This document shows, one piece after another, positions 62,931-64,000 of a DNA stretch of 64,000 nt. Position 1 is the stretch's first letter, and every line of letters begins with the position of its first letter. The position numbers and the translations under genes were made by a program. Source of the DNA: Octopus bimaculoides (lineage: Eukaryota); contig NC_068998.1 of the NCBI RefSeq assembly GCF_001194135.2, positions 24,529,963-24,593,962 on the forward strand, read 5' to 3'. A model generated the notes under the pieces. That model was not told the DNA's origin. It saw only the letters and a list, made by a program, of their open reading frames with translations, and did not search any database.

Positions 62931-63762
62931 ATCTTGAAATTTAGGTAAATCCAACTGTGGTTGCAGTCAACAGTTTAATTATCCACAACAAATATGTAAT
63001 AAAGAATGAAGTGCCAGGACATGATGGTTTTGTGAAGAGTAAAGACATTGTCTTATGCCTATGGATATAAGAATGGAAATGAGAATATGAGAAGGTGAAG
63101 GAGCAAGCTGAGGAGGTGAAAGGAAGAAGTATATGATTACAGTTAGTTGAAGGGTTACCAAGTTCATGAAAACTTCACCCCTAACGATTATGTCTTCAGC
63201 CATCAAAAGTTTGTGAATAGGTAGTGGTGTTAGTTGTATTGGTTTTGGTGTTGGTGGTGTAAATGGTGGTGATAGTGGTGATAGTAGCGATAGTAGTTGT
63301 GGAGTGTATTGGTGTCGATGTTCACATTGTTCTTGGTAATTGTATTGTTGCTGCTGTTAAGTCTCAAGTCAGTCTGTATTGATCTAAGATCAAAGAGATT
63401 TCGATTCAACCTTTAAAATACACTAGGGTATCGCATTATCTCGTGTCATTGCCTTTTATTTTAGATGGAGTTACTTATCTTGTTGTAGTTGTTGTTGGTC
63501 ATTAAAGAGTTGGTTGGTTAGTTGGTAATGCTAGTGGTGGTATTGGCTTTGGTGTTGATAGATAGTGATAGGGGGTTAGCATTTACACCTACATATAAAC
63601 ACACAAACACACACACAATATATATAGAGAGAAAGAAATAGAGAGTATGAGGGGAAGAGAGGAAGAGATAGATAGATACTGATTGAACTTGAGAAAATAT
63701 ACAATAACACTGACATACACTATAAGTATATGTATGTATGTTTGTATATCTATCTATACGTA

Positions 63763-63810
<48 letters not shown>

Positions 63811-63828
63811 NNNNNNNNNNNNNNNNNN

Positions 63829-63873
<45 letters not shown>

Positions 63874-64000
63874 TTGTGTGTGTGTGTGTGTGTACATGTA
63901 TGTATATGTGTATATATATGTATGTATATATGTATATATAAATAGTCATTATAGTTTTTCAAATTGTTAACTATACTTTGATCTTAGTTAAAACACTGAG

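Noticed and set aside
1-64000. CRISPR arrays, rRNA genes, bona fide tRNA genes
   Set aside because: No repeat-spacer array or rRNA sequence; tRNA-like A/B boxes all belong to SINE heads without a full cloverleaf

Overview
AT-rich, microsatellite-dense eukaryotic DNA with about 12 N-gaps. The SINE repertoire suggests a cephalopod (Octopus-like), which is an inference. Almost none of the listed ORFs are real genes: most are microsatellite or N-gap artefacts or decayed transposon pieces. The window holds many SINEs, LINE remnants (RTE, APE-type, REL-type), Penelope-like (PLE) remnants, DNA transposon remnants (Tc1, mariner, Tigger/pogo, Merlin, piggyBac-like, hAT MITE), a probable solo LTR, and one candidate 4-exon fragment of an unidentified plus-strand gene. 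The main result is a set of type I hammerhead-ribozyme (HHR) motifs from at least four unrelated repeat families, most with a self-complementary stem III typical of dimer-acting, PLE-associated hammerheads. The best case is a 520-bp tandem-plus-inverted array (29448-30746) with three HHRs that looks like a retrozyme able to release a 520-nt monomer or circRNA. All pairings were read by eye; no folding, alignment or database search was run.
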